Shown here: one piece after another, positions 19,651 through 29,409 of the stretch
Position numbering within the stretch: position 1 is the first letter of the stretch
How the letters are laid out: the number at the start of each line of letters is the position of its first letter
Assembly: GCA_002411085.1 (NCBI GenBank)
Contig: DHQK01000129.1
Coordinates: 35,977 to 99,976, forward strand
DNA from: Marinilabilia sp. UBA5340
GTDB taxonomy: Bacteria > Bacteroidota > Bacteroidia > Bacteroidales > Marinilabiliaceae
Length of the DNA stretch: 64,000 nt
Reading direction: 5' to 3'
The notes under the pieces: model-generated
The model's input: the letters and a program-made list of their open reading frames with translations, nothing else
Told to the model about the DNA's origin: nothing
The model's database searches: none
Program-made: the position numbers and the translations under genes

Positions 19651-21042
19651 ATGGAGAATCTTATTAAAAATATAATTGGAAAGGACATCTCACTGGTGGA
19701 GTTGTTTGAGGAAAACAGGTCTAAGATTGAAGAACAGTCATTCTCCGTACTCAACGATCAACGTGAGGAAGCTTTTGATGCTTTTCAGGAGCTGGGCATC
19801 CCTTCCAATAAGGTAGAAAGCTACAAATATACCAATCTTCAACCCCTCTTTACCGGAGATTTCACTTTTTCTTTAAAGCCGGAAACACTGACTGAAAATG
19901 TGGAGGACATTTTTTCCTGCGATGTGGATACACTCGATTCCATTACCATTTATATGGTCAACGGATGGTATTACACACGTAACAATCCCGGTGATTTGCC
20001 ACAAGGAGTGAGGATAGGCAGCCTGGCCAGACTGGCCGAAGAAGATCCTGATTTCCTGGCCAGATATTATGGAAGTCGTGCTCCTCATCTGTCCGATGGA
20101 GTAGTTGCTTTGAATACTATGTTTGCCCAGGATGGTTTTTTTGTTCATGTGCCTGAGGGGGTTGTGGTTGAGAAACCCATTCAGATTGTGAATATCCTTA
20201 TGTCGGAGGATGCTTTGATGACCACCCAGCGCAACCTGGTGGTGATGGAAGATAATAGTGAAGCACGAATCATGGTTTGTGATCATACACTTACAACCAA
20301 TAAGTTTGTGATGAATAGTGTCACTGAAGGCTTTGTGGGCAAAGAGGCGCGTCTGGATTTTTACAACCTTCAGAATCAGCACAATGCTACCACGCAGGTT
20401 GCCGGTCTCTATTTTGAGCAACATGAACGTTCACACCTCGCCACCAACAATCTTACCTTGCATGCCGGAGTGGCCCGCAACAATATTGAACTGAAACTGG
20501 CAGGTGAACATGCTGAAGGGCATGCTTACGGGCTATACCTTTTGGATAAAAACCAACATGTTGATAATTTCTCTTACATTGATCATGCAGTTCCGGAATG
20601 TTTCAGCGATGAGTTGTTCAAAGGCGTTTTGGATGATCATTCCACCGGTTCATTTACCGGTAAGATAATGGTTCGTCCGGATGCTCAGAAAACCAATGCA
20701 TATCAGTCCAATAACAATCTGCTGCTTACCAATGATGCTAAAATGAATACCAGGCCGCAGTTGGAAATTTATGCTGATGATGTGAAGTGTAGCCACGGTG
20801 CAACGGTCGGCCAGCTCGATGAAGATGCTATGTTTTATTTGCGTACAAGAGGAATCAATAAAGAGGAATCCACCATCTTACTGATGTATGCTTTTGCCTA
20901 TGAAGTAATCGAAAAAATCAAGGTGGAACCTTTGCGCGAACAAATACGTGCGTTGGTAGAGAAACGTTTTCGCGGGGAACTGGACAAATGTCATTCGTGC
21001 GTCGTTTGTGGACAAAAAGGTACCGATTTGAGTTGCCTGTAA
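19651..21042 (+). CDS. sufD: Fe-S assembly protein SufD
   Basis: DAQKTNAYQSNNNLLL and PQLEIYADDVKCSHGATVGQLD motifs; Cys-rich C-terminal tail. Confidence 0.96.
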   Translation: MENLIKNIIGKDISLVELFEENRSKIEEQSFSVLNDQREEAFDAFQELGIPSNKVESYKYTNLQPLFTGDFTFSLKPETLTENVEDIFSCDVDTLDSITIYMVNGWYYTRNNPGDLPQGVRIGSLARLAEEDPDFLARYYGSRAPHLSDGVVALNTMFAQDGFFVHVPEGVVVEKPIQIVNILMSEDALMTTQRNLVVMEDNSEARIMVCDHTLTTNKFVMNSVTEGFVGKEARLDFYNLQNQHNATTQVAGLYFEQHERSHLATNNLTLHAGVARNNIELKLAGEHAEGHAYGLYLLDKNQHVDNFSYIDHAVPECFSDELFKGVLDDHSTGSFTGKIMVRPDAQKTNAYQSNNNLLLTNDAKMNTRPQLEIYADDVKCSHGATVGQLDEDAMFYLRTRGINKEESTILLMYAFAYEVIEKIKVEPLREQIRALVEKRFRGELDKCHSCVVCGQKGTDLSCL

Positions 21043-21072
21043 AGGGTAACATAAAAATATAATAACTATTTT

Positions 21073-21116
21073 TCCGGTACCTGCTCTTTTTTGACAGGTA
21101 CCGGATTGTTTGTTTT
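21073..21116 (+). terminator. Intra-operon hairpin with U-rich tail between sufD and sufS
   Basis: TCCGGTACCTG...CAGGTACCGGA (11-bp perfect stem) followed by TTGTTTGTTTT. Confidence 0.6.
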
Positions 21117-21121
21117 ATACT

Positions 21122-22342
21122 ATGGCTTTTGATATCCAAAATATAAGAGACGATTTTCCCATTCTCGGGCAAAAGGTGAATGGTAAACCATTGGTCTATC
21201 TGGACAACGCAGCCACGACTCAAAAACCGGTGTCGGTTATTGAAGCAGAAGCCAATGTTTACCGTACCATAAATAGTAATATTCACCGGGGGGTACATCA
21301 TCTCAGCAATGTTTGTACGGAAGTTTTTGAAGACGTGCGTCAAAAGGTGAAAGACTTTATTAACGCCCCTTCGTCGGATGAGGTGATTTTTACCCGCGGT
21401 ACAACCGAGTCTGTGAACCTTCTGGCAGCATCCTTTGGGGAAACTTTTCTCAATCCAGGGGATGAGATAATCCTCACGGAAATGGAGCACCACAGCAATA
21501 TTGTTCCCTGGCAGTTGTTGGCACAGCGAAAAGGAGTGACAATAAAAGTTGTTCCGGTAACTGATGGGGGCGAGCTGGATATGCAGGCACTGGGCGAGAT
21601 GCTGAATGAAAAGACCCGGTTGATTTCGGTTGCGCATATCAGCAATGTTATGGGAACCATCAATCCTGTGCGGGAGATTGTCGCCCTCGCTCATGCAGCA
21701 GAGATTCCTGTGATGATTGACGGTGCTCAGGCTATTCACCATGTACCGGTAGATGTTCAGGCGTTGGATTGTGATTTTTATGTTTTCAGTGGACATAAAA
21801 TGTATGCACCCACAGGTGTCGGGGTTTTTTACGGAAAACGCAAATGGCTTGAACAAATGAATCCATATCAGGGAGGAGGTGAGATGATTGATAAAGTTTC
21901 ATTCTCCGGTACCACTTTCAATGATTTGCCCTATAAATTTGAGGCCGGAACACCCAATTACGCTGGAATTATTGGATTAGGGGCTGCTATTGATTATCTG
22001 AAGCAAAACCATCTGGAAGAAATATGGAATTATGAGCACCAATTGTTTGAATATGCGCTTGACAAGATGAAATCAGTTTCCGGAATTCGTTTTGTAGGTG
22101 AGGCAGCACAACATACCAGTGTGATTTCTTTTCTCCTCGGTAATTCGCACCCTTTTGATGTAGGCACGTTACTCGACAAACTTGGGTTTGCCCTTCGCAC
22201 GGGGCATCATTGTGCACAACCTCTGATGGATCGGTTTGGAATACCAGGTACTGTGCGTGCATCTTTTGCTTTTTACAATACTAAAGAAGAGGTAGATCAT
22301 CTTGTCGAAGCCCTGATTCGTGTGGGAACTATGCTGGGCTGA
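21122..22342 (+). CDS. sufS: Cysteine desulfurase SufS
   Basis: YLDNAATTQKP, EMEHHSNIVPW, FSGHK (PLP Lys) and RTGHHCAQP (catalytic Cys) motifs. Confidence 0.97.
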   Translation: MAFDIQNIRDDFPILGQKVNGKPLVYLDNAATTQKPVSVIEAEANVYRTINSNIHRGVHHLSNVCTEVFEDVRQKVKDFINAPSSDEVIFTRGTTESVNLLAASFGETFLNPGDEIILTEMEHHSNIVPWQLLAQRKGVTIKVVPVTDGGELDMQALGEMLNEKTRLISVAHISNVMGTINPVREIVALAHAAEIPVMIDGAQAIHHVPVDVQALDCDFYVFSGHKMYAPTGVGVFYGKRKWLEQMNPYQGGGEMIDKVSFSGTTFNDLPYKFEAGTPNYAGIIGLGAAIDYLKQNHLEEIWNYEHQLFEYALDKMKSVSGIRFVGEAAQHTSVISFLLGNSHPFDVGTLLDKLGFALRTGHHCAQPLMDRFGIPGTVRASFAFYNTKEEVDHLVEALIRVGTMLG

Positions 22343-22387
22343 AGTGTTCTTATTTTTTGAAGTTGCTATCTTTGCAAAAAAAATACC

Positions 22388-22810
22388 ATGACCATAAAAG
22401 AAAAACAAGAAGAAGTAATAGAAGAATTTTCTGCTTTTGATGACTGGATGGATAAATATTCGCTGCTGATTGAGTTGGGCAATGAATTGGATTCATTTGA
22501 TGAAGCTTATCGCCAGGAGCAAAATCTGATAGATGGTTGTCAGTCAAAAGTTTGGCTGCACGCCGAGCTGAAGGATGGAAAGATTGACTTTCAGGGAGAC
22601 AGCGATGCCATCATTGTAAAGGGGATAGTCGCCCTGCTCTTGCGTGTGCTTTCAGGGCATACTCCTGATGAGATTCTTGAGAATGACCTTTTCTTTATTG
22701 ATGAAATTGGATTGAAAGAACACTTGTCGCCTACCCGGAGTAATGGGCTTGTGGCTATGGTGAAACAGATGAAGGCCTATGCCCTGGCATTTAAAGCCAA
22801 GCAGGGATAA
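22388..22810 (+). CDS. sufE: Sulfur acceptor SufE
   Basis: GCQSKVW, DSDAIIVKG and HLSPTRSNGL motifs; TATCTTTG at 22367-22374 may be an internal promoter. Confidence 0.95.
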   Translation: MTIKEKQEEVIEEFSAFDDWMDKYSLLIELGNELDSFDEAYRQEQNLIDGCQSKVWLHAELKDGKIDFQGDSDAIIVKGIVALLLRVLSGHTPDEILENDLFFIDEIGLKEHLSPTRSNGLVAMVKQMKAYALAFKAKQG

Positions 22811-22864
22811 TTGATTTTGAACCACTGCTGATGTGAGTTTGTTGGTTGATAAAAAGAGACGCTT

Positions 22865-23182
22865 ATGAGTTCAGAGTTTTTGAATGTGGAGACGGACATT
22901 GTAAAAGTACTGAAAAGTATTTTTGATCCCGAAATACCGGTGAATATTTACGATCTGGGGCTGATTTACGAGATAGAGGTACGGGAAGCCGGGAAGGTTA
23001 GAGTCGTGATGACGCTTACATCACCCAACTGCCCTGTGGCTGAATCCTTGCCGGAAGAAGTGTATGAGAAAGTGTTATCTGTTGAGGGTGTTAAGGAGGT
23101 AGAACTGAATCTCACTTTCGATCCACCATGGTCAAAAGATATGCTTTCCGAGGAAGCACTTTTGGAACTAGGACTTTTGTAA
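22865..23182 (+). CDS. sufT: DUF59/SufT Fe-S maturation protein
   Basis: DPEIPVNIYDLGLIY, TLTSPNCPVA and FDPPW motifs. Confidence 0.9.
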   Translation: MSSEFLNVETDIVKVLKSIFDPEIPVNIYDLGLIYEIEVREAGKVRVVMTLTSPNCPVAESLPEEVYEKVLSVEGVKEVELNLTFDPPWSKDMLSEEALLELGLL

Positions 23183-23194
23183 GTCACTTTAGCT

Positions 23195-24133
23195 ATGGAT
23201 TTAATAGCTGAGCATCGTGGTAAACTTATTCGTCAAAAAGCATTGGAGCTTGGATTTGATGAGGTGGGCTTTGTAAATGCCGGATTTTTGGATAAAGAAT
23301 CTGTCTTTTATCAAGAGTGGCTGCAGCAGGGCTTTCATGCAGGAATGGATTACATGGGCCGGAACATTGAGAAACGAGAAGACCCACGCCTCCTGGTTGA
23401 GGGAGCAAAGTCTATTGTTGTGGTGCTTCAAAACTATACCCCGGCACGAGATGTGGATACGGCTGCATCTTTCAAGATTTCCAAATATGCTTACGGGCGT
23501 GATTACCATAAGGTATTAAAAGGCCGATTCAAAAAATTGATGTCTTACATACAAAGTGAAGTGGCTGCTGATGCAGATGGTCGGTTTTTTGTGGATTCAG
23601 CTCCCGTTTCTGAACGATCTCTTGCTGTTCGCGCAGGACTCGGATGGCGGGGGAAAAACACCAACCTTATTCATCCACGTTTGGGTTCTTTTGTTTTCAT
23701 TGGCGAAATGATTCTGAATATAGAACTTCCTTCCGGCTCCCCGTTGAAGGAAGCCTGTGGTGGGTGTACCCGTTGTTTGGATGCTTGTCCTACCGGAGCG
23801 TTGGTTGCTCCCTATAAACTGGATGCCAATAAATGTATCTCTTATCTGACCATTGAAAATAAAGGGGAGATCTCCGATGAGTTTGCCGGACAAATGGACG
23901 GTTGGATCTTTGGTTGTGATGTTTGTCAGGATGTGTGTCCCTGGAACTGGAAAGCCAGACCCAATAAAGTACCTGACTTTAAGCTTCGGCAGGAGTTTAA
24001 AGAAATGACTGATGGACAATGGCTCTCGCTGGACGAGGAAGCTTTCGATGAACTCTCCAAAGGAAGTCCCATACGCAGATCCGGTTACGAGGGCATTAAA
24101 CGGAATCTTAGCTTTGTTTCCAGGAAAACTTAA
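23195..24133 (+). CDS. queG: Epoxyqueuosine reductase QueG
   Basis: SKYAYGRDYH, FVDSAPV, CGGCTRCLDACPT, CISYLTIE and GCDVCQDVCPWN (two 4Fe-4S sites). Confidence 0.95.
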   Translation: MDLIAEHRGKLIRQKALELGFDEVGFVNAGFLDKESVFYQEWLQQGFHAGMDYMGRNIEKREDPRLLVEGAKSIVVVLQNYTPARDVDTAASFKISKYAYGRDYHKVLKGRFKKLMSYIQSEVAADADGRFFVDSAPVSERSLAVRAGLGWRGKNTNLIHPRLGSFVFIGEMILNIELPSGSPLKEACGGCTRCLDACPTGALVAPYKLDANKCISYLTIENKGEISDEFAGQMDGWIFGCDVCQDVCPWNWKARPNKVPDFKLRQEFKEMTDGQWLSLDEEAFDELSKGSPIRRSGYEGIKRNLSFVSRKT

Positions 24134-24147
24134 AACCTTATTCTCTG

Positions 24148-24555
24148 CTATTCGCTGGACGAAATCGTTACCACCACGCGTCGTTCCTTCCGGGGGCCGT
24201 CAAATTCACAAAGAAAAATGTTCTGCCAGGTGGAAAGCCCCATTACTCCATTAACTATGGGAATCGTTTCTGAAGGTCCTGTAAAGCCTGCTTTCAAATG
24301 TGAATCTCCGTTGTTGTCCTGAGCGTCATGCTGCCATACCCCGTGAGGAATCATGTTTTTCAACCAGTTTAGTACATCTGTTTGAACTGAATCGTCCCAG
24401 TTTTCCTGTATCATGATTCCCGCCGTAGCTCCCTGTACATAAATATTCACCATTCCGGTTTGTACTTTCGCCCGGGAAACAGTTTTTGCTACTTCGCTGG
24501 TGATGTCTACCAATTGTTCGCGTTTGTTGGTTTTGAAAGTTATTGTCTGTTGCAT
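24148..24555 (-). CDS. YjbQ/UPF0047 family protein
   Basis: LVDIT, ATAGIMIQEN, DSHLKA and LSTWQNIFLCEFDGPR motifs; ATG at 24555 with TACTTTTG upstream (24592-24599, minus). Confidence 0.9.
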   Translation of the reverse strand: MQQTITFKTNKREQLVDITSEVAKTVSRAKVQTGMVNIYVQGATAGIMIQENWDDSVQTDVLNWLKNMIPHGVWQHDAQDNNGDSHLKAGFTGPSETIPIVNGVMGLSTWQNIFLCEFDGPRKERRVVVTISSSE

Positions 24556-25005
24556 ATTTCTGTATTGTGGAGTTAGGGAAACACATTGTGGCAAAAGTAA
24601 AAAATTGATTGAGGCAATGAAAATTTGATTTCTGATCGCCGTGCAATGATTAAGTACGTGAAAGCAAGAAATATTTTTTTGGCCTGATTATTTCATGGCT
24701 TTTTCGAAAAAGGTTTAAATGCCTGGAAGCACAAGACGCAATAACCAAGCTTGGAGTGAGGGAATAATGATTTATTTTTGTCCAATTTTATTGAGGATGC
24801 CACTATTTCGCTGGTAGTTGAATATCGTAAACGGATATTCAGGAATTAAAAATGGTAGAGAATGGTCTGGAAATTGTATGTTATTTTTTGTTTGTTTTTC
24901 AAAAAATAACTAAATTTAGAGGTTATGAATATTTCCCGTAATGTTGACAATATGTTGTTTAATGCTATGTTTGCACCCGTTTTGACAGAAGAGAAGAAGC
25001 GTATC

Positions 25006-25857
25006 ATGCAGAGTAAGGAGTTTAATCTGGTGGCAGGAGACGGGAATTTCCTGATTGGGCGTGTGTGGGCACCTGAAGGCAGACCTCATGCCGTTGTTTG
25101 CATTGTGCATGGGATTGGGGAACATTCAGGTCGCTATAACCTGTGGGCCAAAAGGTTTTGTGAACAAGGCTTTCTGGTTTACTCGGTAGATCTCAGAGGG
25201 CATGGACTTTCCGAAGGGCGACGCGGGCATGTTGACCACTTAAATAACTATCTGGATGATATCAGTAGTCTGATCCGTTTGGTTAAGCACAACTGGGATG
25301 AGTTACCTGTATTCTTATACGGACACAGTATGGGGGGAAGTCTCGTTCTCAATTATTTGCTCCGCAAACGGCAGGATTTTGCGGGTGCTGTAATTACCTC
25401 TCCCTGGCTGAAACTTGTGAATCCTCCATCCGCTTTTGTTTGTAAAGCTGCAGCAATGCTGAATCACTTTTTCCCTAAGATGGTTTTTGGTACAGGAATC
25501 AAAGCCAGTCAGCTGAGTTCTGATGTAGAAAAGCAAAAATCCAGTAGTGAGGATAAGTTAATGCACCATAAAATTTCTGTTCGGCTTTTCAATGAACTGA
25601 ACGCTGCAAATGATTTTGTGTTGCAACGAGCTTCCCGGTTTGTGATTCCTATGTTTTTTGCGCATGGTTCAGCCGATAGTTTGACTGACTTTAGTACCAC
25701 CCGCGATCTGGCAGATAAAATAGGGGGCAATGCCAGTTTTTATGGTGCCCGAAATATGCGTCATGAATTACACTTTGAGCCGGTGGCCGATGATTTATTT
25801 TTCTTTTTGAATTCCTGGATGTCCGATATTATTAAACTGGATGCTGATGCAGACTGA
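25006..25857 (+). CDS. Alpha/beta hydrolase, lysophospholipase/monoglyceride lipase family
   Basis: HGIGEHSGRY, DLRGHG, GHSMGG, HGSAD and HELHFE motifs; TATGTTTG at 24966-24973 favours the ATG at 25006. Confidence 0.88.
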   Translation: MQSKEFNLVAGDGNFLIGRVWAPEGRPHAVVCIVHGIGEHSGRYNLWAKRFCEQGFLVYSVDLRGHGLSEGRRGHVDHLNNYLDDISSLIRLVKHNWDELPVFLYGHSMGGSLVLNYLLRKRQDFAGAVITSPWLKLVNPPSAFVCKAAAMLNHFFPKMVFGTGIKASQLSSDVEKQKSSSEDKLMHHKISVRLFNELNAANDFVLQRASRFVIPMFFAHGSADSLTDFSTTRDLADKIGGNASFYGARNMRHELHFEPVADDLFFFLNSWMSDIIKLDADAD

Positions 25858-26845
25858 TTTCAGAACTATTGTCAAAATCGATAAATTTGATTTTTCTGTT
25901 GATGTCAGCTCGGAGGTTTTGCTTCTGGGCTCTTGTTTTTCTGATAACATTGGTTCCCGGTTTGTCGAATCCCGTATCAGGGCCTTAGTCAATCCTTTTG
26001 GTGTGGTTTACAATCCCCTTTCAATACAGCGACTGCTGAGTCGTACAATGAAAAGAGAACTCTGCGAAGAGGATGAATTGGTTTTCCATAATAATCGCTG
26101 GCATCATTTCGATTTTCATGGGATGTTCAGCGGGAATGATAAAGTTGAGGTGTGCGAAAAGATAAATCATGCAATTGAATCCACCCACCAGTTTTTGAAA
26201 AAAAGCGGATTGCTGATCGTTACTTTTGGATCTTCTTTTGTTTATGAACGAACGGATACCTCCTGTGTGGTTGCCAATTGTCATAAATTTCCAAACGACT
26301 TCTTTTCACGGTATCGGTTAGAACCGGATGAAATCACGTCTGTGTATAAGGATTTGATTGTCGCCTTAAGAGTTTTTAATCCGGGTTTGAAGATTGTGTT
26401 TACAGTTAGCCCGGTCAGACACTGGAAAGATGGTGCACACGGTAATCAGCTTAATAAATCGGTTTTGTTTCTGGCTGTCGATAAACTTGTTGAGTGGTTT
26501 GATGGTGTTAGTTATTTTCCGGCTTATGAAATAGTGATGGATGAACTGCGGGATTACCGGTTTTATGATTCCGGGATGTTTAATCCATCCGATCAGGCCG
26601 TTGATTATATCTGGCAACGGTTTGTGGAGGTTCTTTTTACACAGGAAGCGCGGAGTTTTGTTGCTCAGGTTTCAAAAATTGTCAGGGCCAGAAATCACTG
26701 CTTCAAAGATGCGATGAAAGAAGAAAAAATTCTTTTTTTTCAAAAATCCCTTGAGCTTATCCGGAATCTAAAACTTCAATTCCCGGAGGCAAACCTTTCT
26801 TCTGATCACGATTATTTCCAGATGTCGTTGGCTGATGTTGAATGA
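25841..26845 (+). CDS. GSCFA-domain protein (SGNH-like fold)
   Basis: LLGSCFSDNIG, NPFGVVYNP, VANCHK, TVSPVRH and YFPAYEIVMDELRDYRFY motifs; overlaps the upstream hydrolase. Confidence 0.88.
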   Translation: MLMQTDFRTIVKIDKFDFSVDVSSEVLLLGSCFSDNIGSRFVESRIRALVNPFGVVYNPLSIQRLLSRTMKRELCEEDELVFHNNRWHHFDFHGMFSGNDKVEVCEKINHAIESTHQFLKKSGLLIVTFGSSFVYERTDTSCVVANCHKFPNDFFSRYRLEPDEITSVYKDLIVALRVFNPGLKIVFTVSPVRHWKDGAHGNQLNKSVLFLAVDKLVEWFDGVSYFPAYEIVMDELRDYRFYDSGMFNPSDQAVDYIWQRFVEVLFTQEARSFVAQVSKIVRARNHCFKDAMKEEKILFFQKSLELIRNLKLQFPEANLSSDHDYFQMSLADVE

Positions 26846-27471
26846 TAGTTGCTTCTGTTCAGAGAGTTACTTTTTGTATTGATGATTCAATTCTCTCACT
26901 TTGTATTGACAGCTAAAATCAAATCACGCTAGTTAAAAAAGATTAAAAACTGTTTTTAATTCTTAGAAAAAATCTTATCTTTAATACCATCGAAAAAGGA
27001 ATTCTTTTTTCTGCGGAAGAAAATAAAACAGGGCATTTTAGTATTTCTTCATTCGTGCAAAATTTTCTTTAGTTATTGGATCTATTAGCATTAAGCGGGC
27101 TCTGGATGAATTTTGGACTGCTCTTTTGAGATTGAGGCACTCCGAAAATTGTTGTGGCTGCTATACGATTCATGTGCTTTTTATCTGATTTGCATTGAAA
27201 GAACTGCATTCGGACTGACATCTTATTCTCTGTCGGTTCTTGAATGCAACTGAAGTCGGAAACTGATGCTTAAGAGTTTCAGAATGGGTTTGTTTTATCT
27301 GTTTTGAAGAATCCGGACATAGATCACGACTGTTTTTTGATTTTTTAATAGTTGCCTGTAATAAGGTGCTTTAAACCAAATTATCCCATTGATTTTTGGA
27401 GACTTTCTGTCTAAATTGAAAGAGCAATTTACGATAATGATATTGATAAACTAACCTAAAAATTATTATAT

Positions 27472-29409
27472 ATGGCCTATTACCAACTGGAAAAGGATCG
27501 GCTGGTGAATCTTGAGTATTCTCTTTATCGGGAAATACTAAGAACAAACCGGGCTGGTTCCTATTGCAGTACCACTATTATTGGTTGCAATACACGAAAA
27601 TACCACGGACTTTTGGTCTGCCCACTCAAAGAATTGGACGGAGATCATTTTGTTTTACTGTCATCTCTGGATGTTTCTGTTGAACAGCATGAACAGGTAT
27701 TCAACCTGGGGATTCATAAATACCAGGGTAGTCATTATGATCCTAAAGGGCACAAATATCTGACAAATCTTGAAATCGATGATATTCCTAAGCGTTTTTA
27801 CCGTGTTGGAGGGGTTATCTTATCCACAGAGATGGTGCTTGTGGAGAAAGAAGAACAGTTGCTTTTCAAAGTGACCCTGGAGGATGCTCATTCTCCCACG
27901 AAAGTTCGTTTTAAGCCTTTTCTGGCCTTTCGCAATGTTCACGAATTAACCTTTCAAAACATGAACGCAAACACCCGTTTTAAAGAGGTGGATAATGGGA
28001 TTTCGGTAAAAATGTATGAAGGCTTTCCTTCACTGTTCTTGCAATCAAGTAAGCCAACAGAATTTATCCCTGTTCCCGACTGGTATCTGGGAGTGGAGTA
28101 TATAAAGGAACAGCACCGGGGATATCCCTTTAAGGAGGATTTGTTTGTGCCGGGATACTTTGAAACTGAAATAAAGAAGGGCGAAAGTATCGTGATGTCA
28201 GCCAGTACTTCCCAGATTAAATCGAAAGGGTTGAAAGCCAAGTTTACCCGGGAGAAGAGTAAGCGAATTCCCCGTGATAGCATGATTAATAACCTTTTGA
28301 ACTCAGGTCAGCAGTTTTTATTGTCTAAAGGAAAAAACACCCGGCTGATGGCTGGTTATCACTGGTACAAGGAGAGACAGCGGGACGCTTTGCTTGCATT
28401 GCCTGGACTCTCCTGCTATCAGGAAGACAAGGAGGTTTATAAAAGTATTCTGGAATATATTTCAGAAGTGATCGAGGAAAAGTATCTGGCAAAGAATGAA
28501 AGTCTTACGAGTCCTGATATTGATGTTCCTCTCTGGTTTTTCTGGACTGTGAGGCAGTGTAAAACAAACTGTAGCCCTCCCGAGGTCTGGAAGAAGTATA
28601 AAAAGATGATGCAAGCGGTACTGGATCATTATTCTCAGGTGAATACCCAATACCTGAGAATGGAACCCAATGGCTTGTTGTATGCGAAAAAAGAGGGAGT
28701 TCCCCTCACCTGGATGGAAGCAATTGTGGACGGGGATCCCGTTACCTGGCGCCCAGGACTGACAGTTGAGTTGAATGCGTTGTGGTATAACGCGTTATCT
28801 TTTTTTGTTTTTCTGGCAAATGAAGCGAAAGAGCCTGATCTGGCTGCTCCTTATGCCCAGCTTGCCGAAAAGGTCAATGCTGCTTTCCTGGAAACCTTTT
28901 GGAATCAGGACGAGGAGTATTTATTTGATTATGTGGATGGAGAATACAAAGATACCTCCATACGACCCAATCAAATTATTGCTGCTGCCCTTCCTTATTC
29001 TCCGTTGGATATAGAACAGCGTAAGGCTATTGTGGATGTGGTGAAAAAAGAACTATTGACCCCCAGAGGGTTGCGTACTCTTTCCCCTCAGGATCCAAAA
29101 TACAAAGGGGTGTATGAAGGCAATGAGCAGGAACGTGATCAATCGCTTCACCAGGGAACCGTTTTCCCTTGGCTGGCATCTTTTTTTGCTGAAGCTTATC
29201 TTGATATTCATAAACAGGGAGGTCTCTCATTTGTGAAACGGATGCTGGAGGGTTTTGAAGAGGAAATGGGAAACCATTGTGTAGGCACTATCTCGGAATG
29301 TTTCAACGGCAATCCTCCACATGCGGGAAAAGGAGCTGTCTCAATGGCATGGAATGTTGGTGGAGTACTCAATATTATTAATCTAATTGAAAAATACAGT
29401 AACCTATGA
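27472..29409 (+). CDS. Glycogen debranching enzyme-like protein (amylo-alpha-1,6-glucosidase, GH133-like)
   Basis: NTRKYHGLL N-terminal domain; AGYHW, VELNALWYNAL, RPNQ, GLRTLSP and HQGT motifs. Confidence 0.88.
   Translation: MAYYQLEKDRLVNLEYSLYREILRTNRAGSYCSTTIIGCNTRKYHGLLVCPLKELDGDHFVLLSSLDVSVEQHEQVFNLGIHKYQGSHYDPKGHKYLTNLEIDDIPKRFYRVGGVILSTEMVLVEKEEQLLFKVTLEDAHSPTKVRFKPFLAFRNVHELTFQNMNANTRFKEVDNGISVKMYEGFPSLFLQSSKPTEFIPVPDWYLGVEYIKEQHRGYPFKEDLFVPGYFETEIKKGESIVMSASTSQIKSKGLKAKFTREKSKRIPRDSMINNLLNSGQQFLLSKGKNTRLMAGYHWYKERQRDALLALPGLSCYQEDKEVYKSILEYISEVIEEKYLAKNESLTSPDIDVPLWFFWTVRQCKTNCSPPEVWKKYKKMMQAVLDHYSQVNTQYLRMEPNGLLYAKKEGVPLTWMEAIVDGDPVTWRPGLTVELNALWYNALSFFVFLANEAKEPDLAAPYAQLAEKVNAAFLETFWNQDEEYLFDYVDGEYKDTSIRPNQIIAAALPYSPLDIEQRKAIVDVVKKELLTPRGLRTLSPQDPKYKGVYEGNEQERDQSLHQGTVFPWLASFFAEAYLDIHKQGGLSFVKRMLEGFEEEMGNHCVGTISECFNGNPPHAGKGAVSMAWNVGGVLNIINLIEKYSNL

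Noticed and set aside
20918-21856. 312-aa antisense ORF (and similar long antisense ORFs at 29706..30488, 57202..57888, 18992..19561)
   Set aside because: They lie opposite well-conserved genes and show no recognisable motifs; expected from codon bias.
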